A stretch of DNA of 63,861 nucleotides, filler included, from an uncultured bacterium (GTDB lineage: Bacteria > DAOPZR01): assembly GCA_964637655.1 (NCBI GenBank). It is 4 parts of 4 records of this genome, joined end to end, with 100 filler letters (N's around TTAATTAATTAA, not from the genome) between each part and the next. Parts side by side here need not be neighbours in the genome. Positions count along the whole stretch, not along the records: positions 1 to 18,605 come from CAZWUZ010000034.1; 3 more parts are not named here. One strand, written 5' to 3'. Below are positions 8,763 to 18,705 of the stretch, in pieces. The notes under the pieces were generated by a model. That model was not told the DNA's origin, ran no database searches, and saw only the letters and a list, made by a program, of their open reading frames with translations. A program made the translations under genes and the position numbers. The stretch's first letter is position 1. Every line of letters begins with the position of its first letter.

Positions 8763-10357
8763 CCGCGCCCGTGCAGCAGCACGTCATAGGCGCGCTGCAG
8801 GCCCGCCACGGTCTGCGTGCCATGCCACCGCGTGAGGATACGCGCGCGCAGCGCCGCACCGCGGCGTCGCGCTTCCTGCGGGTCAGCCAGCGCGGCACGC
8901 AGCGCCGCCGCCAGCGCTTCGCTGTCATGCGGCGGCACCAGCCATCCCGTTTCACCGTCCGTGATGATCTCAGGCACACCGCCCACCGCGGTTGCCACCA
9001 CCGGCAGCCCGCAGCCCCCTGCTGCCAGCAGGGCGATGGGGAGCCCCTCGCAGGCCGACGGCAGGACGAAAAGGTCGAGTGCGGCGCGCAGCGGCGCGAA
9101 CCCGATTTCCTCCGTGATGAAGTGCACGGGCAAACCGTCCGCCTGCTGCTGCAGTTCAGCCAGCAGCGGCCCGCTGCCCGCAATAACGCAGGCGATGTCC
9201 GGCAGGTCGCGCAGCAGGCGCAGCGCCGCCAGCAGGTTGGCGATGTCCTTCTCCGGCAACAGGCGCGCGGTGGTGCCCAGCAGCCGCGCATGTGCCGGCA
9301 GTCCGAACTGCCGCCGTGCCGCCTCCCGTTCCGCTGCCGGCCCCTGCTCAGCATCGGGGACGATGCCGCTGTTGACCGTGCTGCACCGCGGCGCCTGCGC
9401 CCACACGCGGAAATCGTCCGCCACGGTACAACAGTTGCCGATGACCTTCGTCGCGCTGCGCGCGAGGAGGAAGTCGAGCGGGCGGTACCACCAGCGCCGG
9501 TAAGCCGGCATCTCCTTCCAGTCGTGCACATTCATCACGTACGCCAGCGACGGAATACCGGCGAATGCCGCCGCGGTGGCAGCGTACACATTGGCAAAGA
9601 ACATCCACCCCTGTACCAGCGCGTACCCCCGCTGCCGCAGCAGTCGCCACAAACGCCACAGGCGCACTGTCCAGAGCCCCGCGCACCATTCGCCGGGCTG
9701 TTCGAGCAGGAATACGGGCAGGTCGCGCGGCAGTTCGTGGTCGCGCGGACCGCTGCCGCAGAGCGCGACCTCCATCGCGTAGCGCCGCCGGTCGAAACGC
9801 GGCAGGCACATCGCCAGTTGCTGCTGCCCCCCGCCGGTATGCATCGACAGCATGACGTGCAGGATGCGCCGCGGTTCAGGTCCGCGCCGCGCCCGGGCGC
9901 GCGGCAGCAGCGCGGCGATGCCCGCGAGCAGTACCGTCAGCCGCATGTCCCAGCGCTGCAGCGTGGCATCGGGGAGACGGCGCAGCCAGGCCCACCACGG
10001 CTGCCACTCGACCAGCGCCTCGCCCGGTGTCCAGACCATGATGCCGCCGCTCGCCGCCCACGCCTGCGCCAGGTGCTCGATGGCGTCATAGCCGCGCCCG
10101 CGCTGCTCGCAGTACATGATGATGATGCGGGCATAGCCGTTATGGCGGAGGCGGTAGCGCAGGTCGCGCGTGCAGGCGGTTGCGGTAAGCACCGGCGGAG
10201 CGTAGGCGTAAACCACCGACACGTTTCCCGCTGCGCGGACTTCTTCTTCGCTGCCGCATACAGTCAGCACGTCGGGTATGCAGCCTTCAGCATTGATCTG
10301 CGCCAGCAGCGGGCGCAGCCGCGCGAGGCGCGCGCTGCGGATGACCAACGTCTTCAT
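8759..10357 (-). CDS. Glycosyltransferase family 4 with an N-terminal uncharacterised domain
   Basis: GGGQQQL, DLFVLPSACEGLP, PVVATAVGGVPEII. Confidence 0.88.
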   Translation of the reverse strand: MKTLVIRSARLARLRPLLAQINAEGCIPDVLTVCGSEEEVRAAGNVSVVYAYAPPVLTATACTRDLRYRLRHNGYARIIIMYCEQRGRGYDAIEHLAQAWAASGGIMVWTPGEALVEWQPWWAWLRRLPDATLQRWDMRLTVLLAGIAALLPRARARRGPEPRRILHVMLSMHTGGGQQQLAMCLPRFDRRRYAMEVALCGSGPRDHELPRDLPVFLLEQPGEWCAGLWTVRLWRLWRLLRQRGYALVQGWMFFANVYAATAAAFAGIPSLAYVMNVHDWKEMPAYRRWWYRPLDFLLARSATKVIGNCCTVADDFRVWAQAPRCSTVNSGIVPDAEQGPAAEREAARRQFGLPAHARLLGTTARLLPEKDIANLLAALRLLRDLPDIACVIAGSGPLLAELQQQADGLPVHFITEEIGFAPLRAALDLFVLPSACEGLPIALLAAGGCGLPVVATAVGGVPEIITDGETGWLVPPHDSEALAAALRAALADPQEARRRGAALRARILTRWHGTQTVAGLQRAYDVLLHGRG

Positions 10358-10815
10358 TCCAGGTCTCCCCGCAGCAGGAAGGCCGCCCCCAGCAGCACAC
10401 CGGCGAGCAGACGGTCAGCGCCGGAGGCCAGCCGGTGCTGCTGCCAGTGCCGCCAGGTGATGCGGTGCAGTGCACCGTCGCAGTCGCAGGCGTATGCCGG
10501 CGACCCGAGCAGGTAGAGAAAGCGCGCGACATTGGCAAAGTCGGCGCCGGGAAACCCGCAGCCGGCATACGGGGCAACATACTGCTCCGCCTCCCCGACG
10601 CGGGCACGAAACAGCCGCGCGTAGTTCCGGTGCCAGCGCTGCCGGGGCACCGCAAAGATGATGACCTGCCAGCCCTCGAGCAGCGCCAGTTCCGCCGTGC
10701 TCAGTTCGCGGCAGGCGACCAGCACGGGCGTGGCGCCCGGTATCCCATGCTGACGCCATACCGCCACGCACTGCGCCAGCGGCGCGGTATGGAGCATGAC
10801 CTGCGGCGGTCTCAT
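10354..10815 (-). CDS. Hypothetical protein (stand-alone copy of the shared N-terminal domain)
   Basis: ATGA overlaps at both ends; C-terminal hydrophobic segment. Confidence 0.6.
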   Translation of the reverse strand: MRPPQVMLHTAPLAQCVAVWRQHGIPGATPVLVACRELSTAELALLEGWQVIIFAVPRQRWHRNYARLFRARVGEAEQYVAPYAGCGFPGADFANVARFLYLLGSPAYACDCDGALHRITWRHWQQHRLASGADRLLAGVLLGAAFLLRGDLE

Positions 10816-11747
10816 GCCAGCCACTCCGCCAGGTGCGTTTCGCTGCGGCGCGCCCGCGCCAGCATCGCCCGCCGCTGCCGCAGCATCGCCGGCGCACAGG
10901 ACAGCAGGCGGCACAGCACCGGCAGCAGGATGCCCTGCGCGCGCCAGCGCGCGATATCCGCCTGCAGCGCGTCACGCAGCAGCGCCCGGTCGCGCACCGC
11001 ACACGGCTGCGGGTCGTTCTTGAGCCAGACCAGCCAGCGGTTGGCGGCGTGGATAACCGCGATGTCACGGTCGCGCATGCCGCCGCTGCTGCCGCGGGCA
11101 TGCGCCGCCCGCGCCGCCGGCACGTAGCGCGCCTGCCAGCCCGCGCGCTGCAGCCGCCAGTCGAGGTCGACATCCTCGTAATAGGCAAAGAGGGTTTCGT
11201 CGAACACTTCGCCGCCGGGCGCGACCGCGTCCAGCGCCGTGCGGCGGTAGAGCGCATAGCCGGCGCAGACCCCGAAACGCGCGGCCGGGGTCGCCCGTTC
11301 CGTCGCGTCGTTGCAGCGATAGCCGCTGGTCGTGCGGTCGCGGTTGAGGAAATGGCCCATACCGTCGAGCAGCGGCGGGTCGGTGCCGGGGACTGTGCCG
11401 ATGCCGGTCGCCGACCCGGCGCCCGGGCAGCGTTGCATCTCCGCCAGCAGCAGCCGCGCGTAGTCGGGTGCCAGCACCACGTCGGGATTGACCAGCAGGA
11501 CGAAGTCGGTCGTGCAGGCGCGGATGGCGAGATTGTTGGCAGCGGCAAAACCGCGGTTGTTCCCGTCACCCAGCCAGCGCAGCTGCGGGAACTGCCGCGT
11601 CAGCGACGCCCGCGCCGCTGCGTCGCCATCGTTGTCGACGATGATCAGGTCGAGCGGGATATCCTGCGCTGCCAGCGCCTGCAGGCATTCGGCAATAAAC
11701 GCGCTGCTGCGCCAGTGCACAACGATGGCTGTCAGGCGCGCGCTCAT
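10812..11747 (-). CDS. Glycosyltransferase family 2
   Basis: IIVDN, NRGFAAANN, LVNPD, FAYYEDVDL. Confidence 0.92.
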   Translation of the reverse strand: MSARLTAIVVHWRSSAFIAECLQALAAQDIPLDLIIVDNDGDAAARASLTRQFPQLRWLGDGNNRGFAAANNLAIRACTTDFVLLVNPDVVLAPDYARLLLAEMQRCPGAGSATGIGTVPGTDPPLLDGMGHFLNRDRTTSGYRCNDATERATPAARFGVCAGYALYRRTALDAVAPGGEVFDETLFAYYEDVDLDWRLQRAGWQARYVPAARAAHARGSSGGMRDRDIAVIHAANRWLVWLKNDPQPCAVRDRALLRDALQADIARWRAQGILLPVLCRLLSCAPAMLRQRRAMLARARRSETHLAEWLA

Positions 11748-12877
11748 GCCGCCAGTTCCTGCAGCAGCGCGCGCAGCCGCCGCGTATAGACCGCCATGCT
11801 GAACTCGCGCGCGAAATACGCCGCCGCCGCCGCGCCCAGCGCCTCTCGCCTCGCACTGTTTGTAAGCAGGGTGAAGAGCGCGTCCGCCTGTCCTGCCTCG
11901 CCGGCACTGAGCACGCCATCCGACCGTTCCAGCCCTTCCGCCCCGACCGCGGTGGTGACCACCGGCAGGCCGTAGCCGAGCGCCTCGACAATCTTGGTTT
12001 TCAATCCGCTCCCCGACAGCAGCGGGGCGACCATCACTGCCGCCGCGCGCAGGTACGGGGCGGTGTCGGGCACCTCGCCCGCCACCGTGATGCCGTCCTG
12101 CCCGTGCAGCGCGCGCACTGATTCCGGCGGCCTCCGCCCGACCACCGTGAGGGTCGCGCTGTTCACCCGCGCCCGCACCTGCGGCCAGATATCGCGCACG
12201 TACCAGAGCAGTCCGTCGACATTCGGCTGATGGTCGAACGCCCCGACAAAGAGCGCACCCTGCCGCTGCGCGGCGGGCGGATCGGGACGTACCGGGATGC
12301 CGGTCGGCTTGACCCACACCCGCTTGCCGGGGAGCAGCGCGCGCAGCTGCGCTGCATCCGGCTCCGTCAGCGCCAGCACCGTCTCCGCCAGCCCGAGGAA
12401 GCGCGCTTCGTAGCTGCGGTAGGCAGCAGCAGCAGCAATCTCGCCCAGCCGCTCCCGCCGCACCCACTCGCAGTCGATAGCCGTCACCGCCGTGCGACAG
12501 CGCCGCAGTTCCGGCACCTGTTCGAGGTACTGCGCCATGAACCAGAACTCGACGAGTATCAATGACGGTTTCAGTGTCATCGCGTCATGCTGCAGCCGTG
12601 CCGCAAACGCGCTGCTGTACATCGCGTCAATGACCGGGGGCGCGGCCGCGTCATTGAGCCACGTTTCGCGCGTCCCCTTCATCACTTCGACCGAGGCACA
12701 GTTTCCGCGTAGCAATGCCGTATTGGCGTCTGTCTGCCCGGCTGCATAGAACGTGCGCAGGTGGATGTCCCAGACCCCGGCCAGCGCGTCAATCAGCGCG
12801 CAGATGCGCACGTCGCCGCCGGTGGTCGGCGGGGCGGGAATGGTCGGGACGATGAGCAGTAGTGACGGCTTGCCCAT
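11744..12877 (-). CDS. Glycosyltransferase family 4
   Basis: FVGAFDHQPN, GSGLKTKIVEA, PVVTT. Confidence 0.9.
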   Translation of the reverse strand: MGKPSLLLIVPTIPAPPTTGGDVRICALIDALAGVWDIHLRTFYAAGQTDANTALLRGNCASVEVMKGTRETWLNDAAAPPVIDAMYSSAFAARLQHDAMTLKPSLILVEFWFMAQYLEQVPELRRCRTAVTAIDCEWVRRERLGEIAAAAAYRSYEARFLGLAETVLALTEPDAAQLRALLPGKRVWVKPTGIPVRPDPPAAQRQGALFVGAFDHQPNVDGLLWYVRDIWPQVRARVNSATLTVVGRRPPESVRALHGQDGITVAGEVPDTAPYLRAAAVMVAPLLSGSGLKTKIVEALGYGLPVVTTAVGAEGLERSDGVLSAGEAGQADALFTLLTNSARREALGAAAAAYFAREFSMAVYTRRLRALLQELAA

Positions 12878-13446
12878 CAGAGCCACTGCCGGGGGAGCGG
12901 CGACCCGTCGTGGGTGGCGATGGCCGCCAGTGCCGCTGCGGGCGTCTCCACCACCGTGTAGAGCGCGGCATAATCGGGATGGGCAAACCGGTCGGCAAAG
13001 AGGCGGTCAAACTGCTGCAGCAACCCCGCGAAGTAGTTGTCCGTGTTGACGATGGCGACCGCTTTCGTGTGCTCGTGCAGGTGCTTGAGGGTGATGCAGG
13101 CGAGCAGTTCGTCGAGCGTGCCGAAACCGCCCGCCAGCACGATAAAGGCGTCGGCGCGGCTGATCATCGCCGCCTTACGCTCGTGCAGGTCGCGGGTGAT
13201 GACGTGTTCTTCTCCCGCCGCCAGCGGCAGTCCGGCATCGACCATCGCCTGCGGCACCACCGCCACAACCGGCGCCCCCGCGTCCTGCGCCGCCTGTGCC
13301 AGCGCCCCCATCGTCCCCATGCGCGTGCCCCCGTAGAGCAGCGTATGCCCCTGCTCCCCGATAAGGCGTCCGAGTTGCGCCGCGGCATCGGTATAGGCCC
13401 TCGGTACCGCGCTGCTCGACGCGCAGAAAACGCAGATGGTGCTCAC
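12877..13446 (-). CDS. LOG family protein (TIGR00730; nucleotide phosphoribohydrolase)
   Basis: ICVFCASS, YGG, HERK, AGGFGTLDE. Confidence 0.92.
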   Translation of the reverse strand: MSTICVFCASSSAVPRAYTDAAAQLGRLIGEQGHTLLYGGTRMGTMGALAQAAQDAGAPVVAVVPQAMVDAGLPLAAGEEHVITRDLHERKAAMISRADAFIVLAGGFGTLDELLACITLKHLHEHTKAVAIVNTDNYFAGLLQQFDRLFADRFAHPDYAALYTVVETPAAALAAIATHDGSPLPRQWL

Positions 13447-15257
13447 GGGACGGGTTGCAGGGCGGCTTCGAGCTCGGCGAAGGTCAGCACTTCCGGAAGC
13501 ACCTGCGGGCCGCGCGTGCCATGCCAGACCGCGTACGCGGGCACGCCGGCGCGCCCGAGCCGCTGCAGCAGCGCGGTCACCTGCGGGTCGCTGTTCGTCC
13601 AGTCGGCACGCAACAGCACGACCTCATGCGCGCGAAACAGTTCCCGCGCGCGCTCCGTATCGAGCACCGCGACGTGGTTGGCCGCGCAGGTCAGGCACCA
13701 TGATGCCGTGGCGTCAACAAAGATTATCCGCCCCCGTGCCTGCAGCTCGGCCAGGCGTGCCTCGCTATACGGCTCCCAGCCGTCCGTCACTGCAATCGCT
13801 GCCGCCGGCGTGCCGAGCACGGGATGCACCAGCAGCGCATAGCCCCCCGCGAGCACCAGCAGCACCACTGACCAGCCGGCAAGGCGGCGGGGCAACGTCG
13901 CCACCGGCGACAGACGATCAGCGACCAGCCAGACCGCAAACGCCGCGACAAGATGCCACGCCGCGACGCGCACGGCCGCGGCCGGGGACACCTGGTGCAG
14001 CAGCACCGAGAGCAGCCAGAGCAGCGTTGCCAGCAGCAGGAAACCGAACCCCTGCTTGAGTTTCAGCATCCACACCCCCGGTTTCGGCAGCAGGCGGCGC
14101 GCCCCGGGGATCACAGCCAGCAGCAGGAACGGGCAGGCCAGCCCGAGCCCCGCGGCCGTAAAAGCAGCGAACAGTACGAGCGTTCCCTGGGAAAATGCGA
14201 AGCCCATCGCCGCACCGAGAAACGGGGCGGTGCAGGGGGTGGCGAGCAGCGTCGCGAACATCCCGCTGAGAAACGCGCCGCGCAGGCCTTCTCCCGATGA
14301 TGCCTGCGCCAGCTTGTCGGTCGCGCCGCCCGACAGGCCGATCTCGAACACCCCGAACAGCGCCAGCGTGAAGACAAGCACCACCGCGCTCACCGCGGCG
14401 ATGAAGTAGGGGTTCTGGAACTGGAAGCCCCAGCCGACTTCGCTGCCGGCGGCGCGCAATCCGATGATCGCGCCGGCGAGCAGCCAGAAGAGCACCAGCA
14501 CACCGAGCGTGTAGGCGAGCCCGAGCAGCAGTGCCTGCTTGCGCGTCGCCTGCGCCTGCTGCACGAGGGAAAAGACCTTGAGGCCGAGCACCGGGAAGAC
14601 ACAGGGCATCAGGTTGAGGATGATGCCGCCGACAAACGCGAAGAGCAGTGCCACCGGCAGCGACAGCAGCATGGCCGGTGCAGCGGGCGCCGCGGCGGCG
14701 GTCTCCCCGCCGGCCGCCTCCATACCGGCCGGTGCTTCCCCGCCGGGCGGCGCCGGCGTATCCGTTTCGCCAGATGCCGCCGCCGGCGCGGCTTTTCCCG
14801 CAACCTGCAGGCGTGCCGTGGCGCGCGCCGTTGCCGGCGCATAGCACATCGCGGCGTCACAGGCCTGGTAGCGCAGCGTCACGGCAAGTTCATGCGTTCC
14901 CGCCGCGGCGTCGTCGATGCGCACCGCCACCGGCACGGCAAACGTGCCGTCGTACACCGCCACCGGCGAATCGAAGGCGGCGCTGGTGAAGAAGTGCGGG
15001 GCCGGCAGGCGCGGGATCGCCGCCCGCATGCCGCGCGGCACCTGCACAACCAGTTCCGTCGGCACGTGGAAGTCGAACGTCGGCTGCGCCGCGTTGATAT
15101 GCGCGCCCGGGGGGACCGCCACGGTCACCTGCAGCACGACTTCGCCGGGCGCGGTCACTGCAGCCGGCCGTAACCGCGCCTGCAGTGCCACCTCGGGTAT
15201 CGCGGCATGCAGCGGCCCGGCCAGCAGCAGGCCAAGCAGCAGCAGGAGGCGGATCAT
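13443..15257 (-). CDS. dsbD: DsbD/ScsB-like protein-disulfide reductase
   Basis: Signal peptide; YQACDAAMCY; NLMPCVFP; ATPCTAP; C-terminal thioredoxin WCLTC. Confidence 0.9.
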   Translation of the reverse strand: MIRLLLLLGLLLAGPLHAAIPEVALQARLRPAAVTAPGEVVLQVTVAVPPGAHINAAQPTFDFHVPTELVVQVPRGMRAAIPRLPAPHFFTSAAFDSPVAVYDGTFAVPVAVRIDDAAAGTHELAVTLRYQACDAAMCYAPATARATARLQVAGKAAPAAASGETDTPAPPGGEAPAGMEAAGGETAAAAPAAPAMLLSLPVALLFAFVGGIILNLMPCVFPVLGLKVFSLVQQAQATRKQALLLGLAYTLGVLVLFWLLAGAIIGLRAAGSEVGWGFQFQNPYFIAAVSAVVLVFTLALFGVFEIGLSGGATDKLAQASSGEGLRGAFLSGMFATLLATPCTAPFLGAAMGFAFSQGTLVLFAAFTAAGLGLACPFLLLAVIPGARRLLPKPGVWMLKLKQGFGFLLLATLLWLLSVLLHQVSPAAAVRVAAWHLVAAFAVWLVADRLSPVATLPRRLAGWSVVLLVLAGGYALLVHPVLGTPAAAIAVTDGWEPYSEARLAELQARGRIIFVDATASWCLTCAANHVAVLDTERARELFRAHEVVLLRADWTNSDPQVTALLQRLGRAGVPAYAVWHGTRGPQVLPEVLTFAELEAALQPVP

Positions 15258-15258
15258 G

Positions 15259-16845
15259 TCAGCGGTAGAGGCGGTAGTCGGCCTCGGGGAAGATGCAGTC
15301 CTTCCACTCGCATTCGGCCAGCAGCCGCCGGTCGAGTTTGCCGTCACGCACACCGTCGGCCAGCCGCGTGAACCGGTCGAGATGCTCGCGCGTGCGGCGC
15401 ATCGCGTAGGGAACCGCGGTTTTGTTGGTGATGATGAACGCCCAGTCGCTCGCCTGCGCGAGCAGCAGTTCGCGCAGCGCCTGGTTGAGCGCGCGCAGTT
15501 TCAGCCCGCGCGCCACCGGATTGGCCCGCGCCAGTTCGCGCATCCGCCGCTCGGCACGGTGCAGGTGGCGGTAGATCCAGTCGTTGTCGCCGTTGAGCCA
15601 GACCTCGGCGTAGCCCTTGTCGCCCCATGACGAGAACGACGGGGTGACCACCTGCATCCGCGGGTGGCGGCGCAGGTACTCGCCTGGCGTGATAGCGGCG
15701 ATCTCCTGCTGCCGGGTGGCCAGCGCGGCGAAGAATTTTTCGAGGAAGAGCGGGCCTTCGAACCACCAGTGCCCGAAGAGTTCCGCGTCGTAGGGGCAGA
15801 CGACCACCGGGGTGATGCCGAGTTCCCCGTGCAGGTGACGCAGTTGCGCCTGCCGGTTGAACAGGAAATTCCCCGCATGCTCCGCCGTCAGCGCCGCCGC
15901 CGCCGCGGGATCGTACCAGTCCTTGCGCCCGAGCGCGCAGTCGCTGCCGGTAACCCGGTGATACTTCAGCCCGGTGTTGCGGCGAATGCCGTCGGCATGC
16001 AGGTAGGGTTTGATGTAATCGTAGGGGGCGTCGTAGCCGAGGTCGCGGTAGAATTCGCGGTAGCGGAAATCGCCCGGGTACCCCTCCTTCGCACTCCACA
16101 CCTGCTTGGACGACTCGACGTCGCGGGCGAACGCCGCCACGCCGGTCGGGCAGGCCACCGGCGCATAGTTGCCGTAGCGCGGGCGCGGCTCGCCGAGCAG
16201 CACGCCGTGCGTGTCGACAAAGAAATACTGCAGGCCGCAACGCTTGAGCACCGCGTCCAGCCCGGGGTAGTAGCCGCATTCGGGGAGCCAGATACCGCGC
16301 GGGCGGCGCCCGAAATGTTTCGCGTAGTTGCGGCAGGCCGTCTCGATTTGCGCGTGGACCGCGACCGGGTCGCGCATCAGCGGCAGGAAGGCGTGCGTCG
16401 CCCCGCAGGTGAGGATCTCGATGACCTGCGCGTCCTGCAACGCGCGGAACTCGCGCAGCAGGTTGCCGCGGCAGCGGTCGAACAACGCCAGTGCCAGCCG
16501 GAAATTGCGCCGGTACATCTTCGCTGTCGCGTGCTGCCGCCCGTCCACCGCGCGCGTGCGCGCTACTTCCCGCTCCGCCAGCTCAAGCAGGCGGACAAGA
16601 TGGGCGCGGTAGCGCCGCTGCAGCGTCGGGTTGGCGAGCATCTCGCACAGCGGCGGGGTGAGCGACATGGTCAGCATGTGCTTCCGCCGCGCCCGGCGCA
16701 GGCGCACGCCCATCTCGAGCAGCGGCAGGTAGGTCTCGGTCAGCGCCTCGAACAGCCAGTCCTCCTCGAGAAAGTCGGGATGCTCGGGATGATGGACGAA
16801 CGGCAGGTGCGCGTGCAGCACGGGCATGACATAACCGACCGTCAT
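15259..16845 (-). CDS. GH57 1,4-alpha-glucan branching enzyme (DUF1957)
   Basis: HAHLPFV, ETYLP, WLPECG, DAELFGHWWFEG, ASDW. Confidence 0.93.
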   Translation of the reverse strand: MTVGYVMPVLHAHLPFVHHPEHPDFLEEDWLFEALTETYLPLLEMGVRLRRARRKHMLTMSLTPPLCEMLANPTLQRRYRAHLVRLLELAEREVARTRAVDGRQHATAKMYRRNFRLALALFDRCRGNLLREFRALQDAQVIEILTCGATHAFLPLMRDPVAVHAQIETACRNYAKHFGRRPRGIWLPECGYYPGLDAVLKRCGLQYFFVDTHGVLLGEPRPRYGNYAPVACPTGVAAFARDVESSKQVWSAKEGYPGDFRYREFYRDLGYDAPYDYIKPYLHADGIRRNTGLKYHRVTGSDCALGRKDWYDPAAAAALTAEHAGNFLFNRQAQLRHLHGELGITPVVVCPYDAELFGHWWFEGPLFLEKFFAALATRQQEIAAITPGEYLRRHPRMQVVTPSFSSWGDKGYAEVWLNGDNDWIYRHLHRAERRMRELARANPVARGLKLRALNQALRELLLAQASDWAFIITNKTAVPYAMRRTREHLDRFTRLADGVRDGKLDRRLLAECEWKDCIFPEADYRLYR

Positions 16846-18225
16846 CGCGGCACGCTCCCGCTCGTCGGCAGATTGAGCGGCAGTTTCCCGAAACCGCGGA
16901 AACTGCGTTTCTGCCCCGAGGTGTAGGGGGGCTCATAGGCGGCGAGGAAGCGCGCGACGAAATCGGGCTCGCTGACATACCACGCCGCGTCGGTGTTCTC
17001 GCTCGGCCAGAGGCGCGGGGTGCGCACCAGGTTCGATCGCAGCAGTTCCACCTCGCGCCCGTCCGCCAGTCGCGCCCGCAGCGCGAAGTAGAGTTCCGCC
17101 TGCGGCCCGACCTTGCAGTACCAGTCGCCGACCACCTGCGCCGGGGGCTGCGCGCTGAAGCGCACCCGCCCGTCAACCGTCAGGCCGACCAGGCGCCATA
17201 CCGCGCGCCGGATATCGCCGAAGCGGCGTCGCAGGCGCGCCAGCACCTGCCCCGTTAGTTCCCAGTAGACAAAGACCCATTCCGGGTCACGTACCATGGC
17301 GAACATCGTGTCGTCGTGATACTGCTCAGGCAGGCGCGGCCCGAAATCGAGATAGGGTTTCGCCGGTGCCGGTTTCGCTGCCGGGCGCACGGCCGGTTTC
17401 ACTGCCGGACGCGGGGCCACCGCGCGGCGAACCGGGCGCGATGCCGTTTTCGCCGGTTTCACTGCCGTGCGTGTCACGCCGGACGCACGCCTGCGCGTAG
17501 CCGCACGCGCCACTGCCGATTCCGCCGCGCGTTTCGCCGTACGCCGCCGCACCACACCCGCCGCCAGTTGCCGGATGGCTGCCACCCGCGCCGCCGACGA
17601 ACGTTTGACGGGCCGCCGCACGATACGCGGTTCAAGATCGGGAACGATGACTGCCGGGCCGGCACTGCGCCGCACCCGCCGCACGCTTTTTCCGGCTTTT
17701 GCCGCCTGCACTGTCGGGCGGCGACGCGCTGTTTTTTTCGGTACAGTTGCCGAGGCGTTGCGCAGCGCGGGGGGCGCCCATTCCCACTGCGGGATGCTGA
17801 CCGGCGGCAGCGGCGCCGCCACGCGCACAGCGACCTGTTTCGTTGCTGGCCGCGCGGCATTTTTCGCGCGCCTGCGCCTGGTCGCCGCGGCGGCGGCCGG
17901 GCGGGCCGCCTTCGCCGCACGCTTCGGCTTCGCAGGGGCGGCAGGCGTTTTTTTCTTAGTTGCCGCCTTCCTAGTTGCCGCCTTCTTAGTTGCCGCCTTC
18001 TTAGTTGCCGCCTTCTTAGTTGCCGCCTTCTTAGTTGCCGCNNNNNNNNNNNNNNNNNNNNNNNNNNNNNNNNNNNNNNNNNNNNNNNNNNNNNNNNNNN
18101 NNNNNNNNNNNNNNNNNNNNNNNNNNNNNNNNNNNNNNNNNCTTCTTGGTGGCCGCCTTCTTCTTTGCGCCCGCCACCCGCTGCTTCACTGCCGGTTTCG
18201 CCGCTGTTTTCCGTTTTGTCACCAT
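16842..18225 (-). CDS. DUF4912 protein with a long histone-H1-like K/A/R-rich N-terminus (spans the gap)
   Basis: MVTKRK...KKAATKK continues across the N gap into KKAAT repeats, then LPEQY...MVRDPEWVFVYWE and RSNLVRTP (DUF4912). Confidence 0.8.
17953..18160. repeat. 15-bp tandem repeat (TTCTTAGTTGCCGCC; KKAAT on the minus strand), collapsed in the gap
   Basis: Six units at 17953-18041 run into the 100-N gap, and related units resume at 18142. Confidence 0.9.
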
Positions 18226-18244
18226 AACGCGCCCCTTTACCGCG

Positions 18245-18487
18245 TCATTCCGCGGCCACGACCTCTTTCACTGCCGGCAGTTTCGCCTTCAGCGCCTGTT
18301 CCACCACGCCACGCAGCGTCGCGCGCGCCCCCGGGCAGCCGGCGCAGGCGCCCTGCAACCGCACCTTCACCGTCCCGTCAGCGGTTACCTCCACCAGTTC
18401 CACCGAACCGCCGTGCATCGCCAGCATCGGCTTGACCTCATTGTCGATCACCTGCTGCACTTCTGCCTGCATGCGGCTACCCTCCAT
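18245..18487 (-). CDS. NifU/NfuA C-terminal-domain Fe-S scaffold
   Basis: VKPMLAMHGGSVELV...LQGACAGCP. Confidence 0.92.
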   Translation of the reverse strand: MEGSRMQAEVQQVIDNEVKPMLAMHGGSVELVEVTADGTVKVRLQGACAGCPGARATLRGVVEQALKAKLPAVKEVVAAE

Positions 18488-18508
18488 TCATTTATTTGAG
18501 CGCCATCG

Positions 18509-18537
18509 AGTATACGGCAGCGGGCGCCGCCTGTCAA
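18509..18537 (-). promoter_or_regulatory. sigma70 promoter
   Basis: TTGACA-17-TATACT. Confidence 0.7.
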
Positions 18538-18605
18538 CTTACCCGCCCCGGGCACAGCGATTCCGCATCTGGGTATAATTGCCAACGCCAGGTTTCACCC
18601 GCAGG

Positions 18606-18705
18606 NNNNNNNNNNNNNNNNNNNNNNNNNNNNNNNNNNNNNNNNNNNNTTAATTAATTAANNNNNNNNNNNNNNNNNNNNNNNNNNNNNNNNNNNNNNN
18701 NNNNN
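18606..18705. other. Contig-join linker (artificial)
   Basis: N run containing TTAATTAATTAA. Confidence 0.97.

Noticed and set aside
18650..18661. TTAATTAATTAA palindrome repeated at 18650, 37276 and 55818
   Set aside because: Artificial all-frame-stop linker inside N runs joining contigs.
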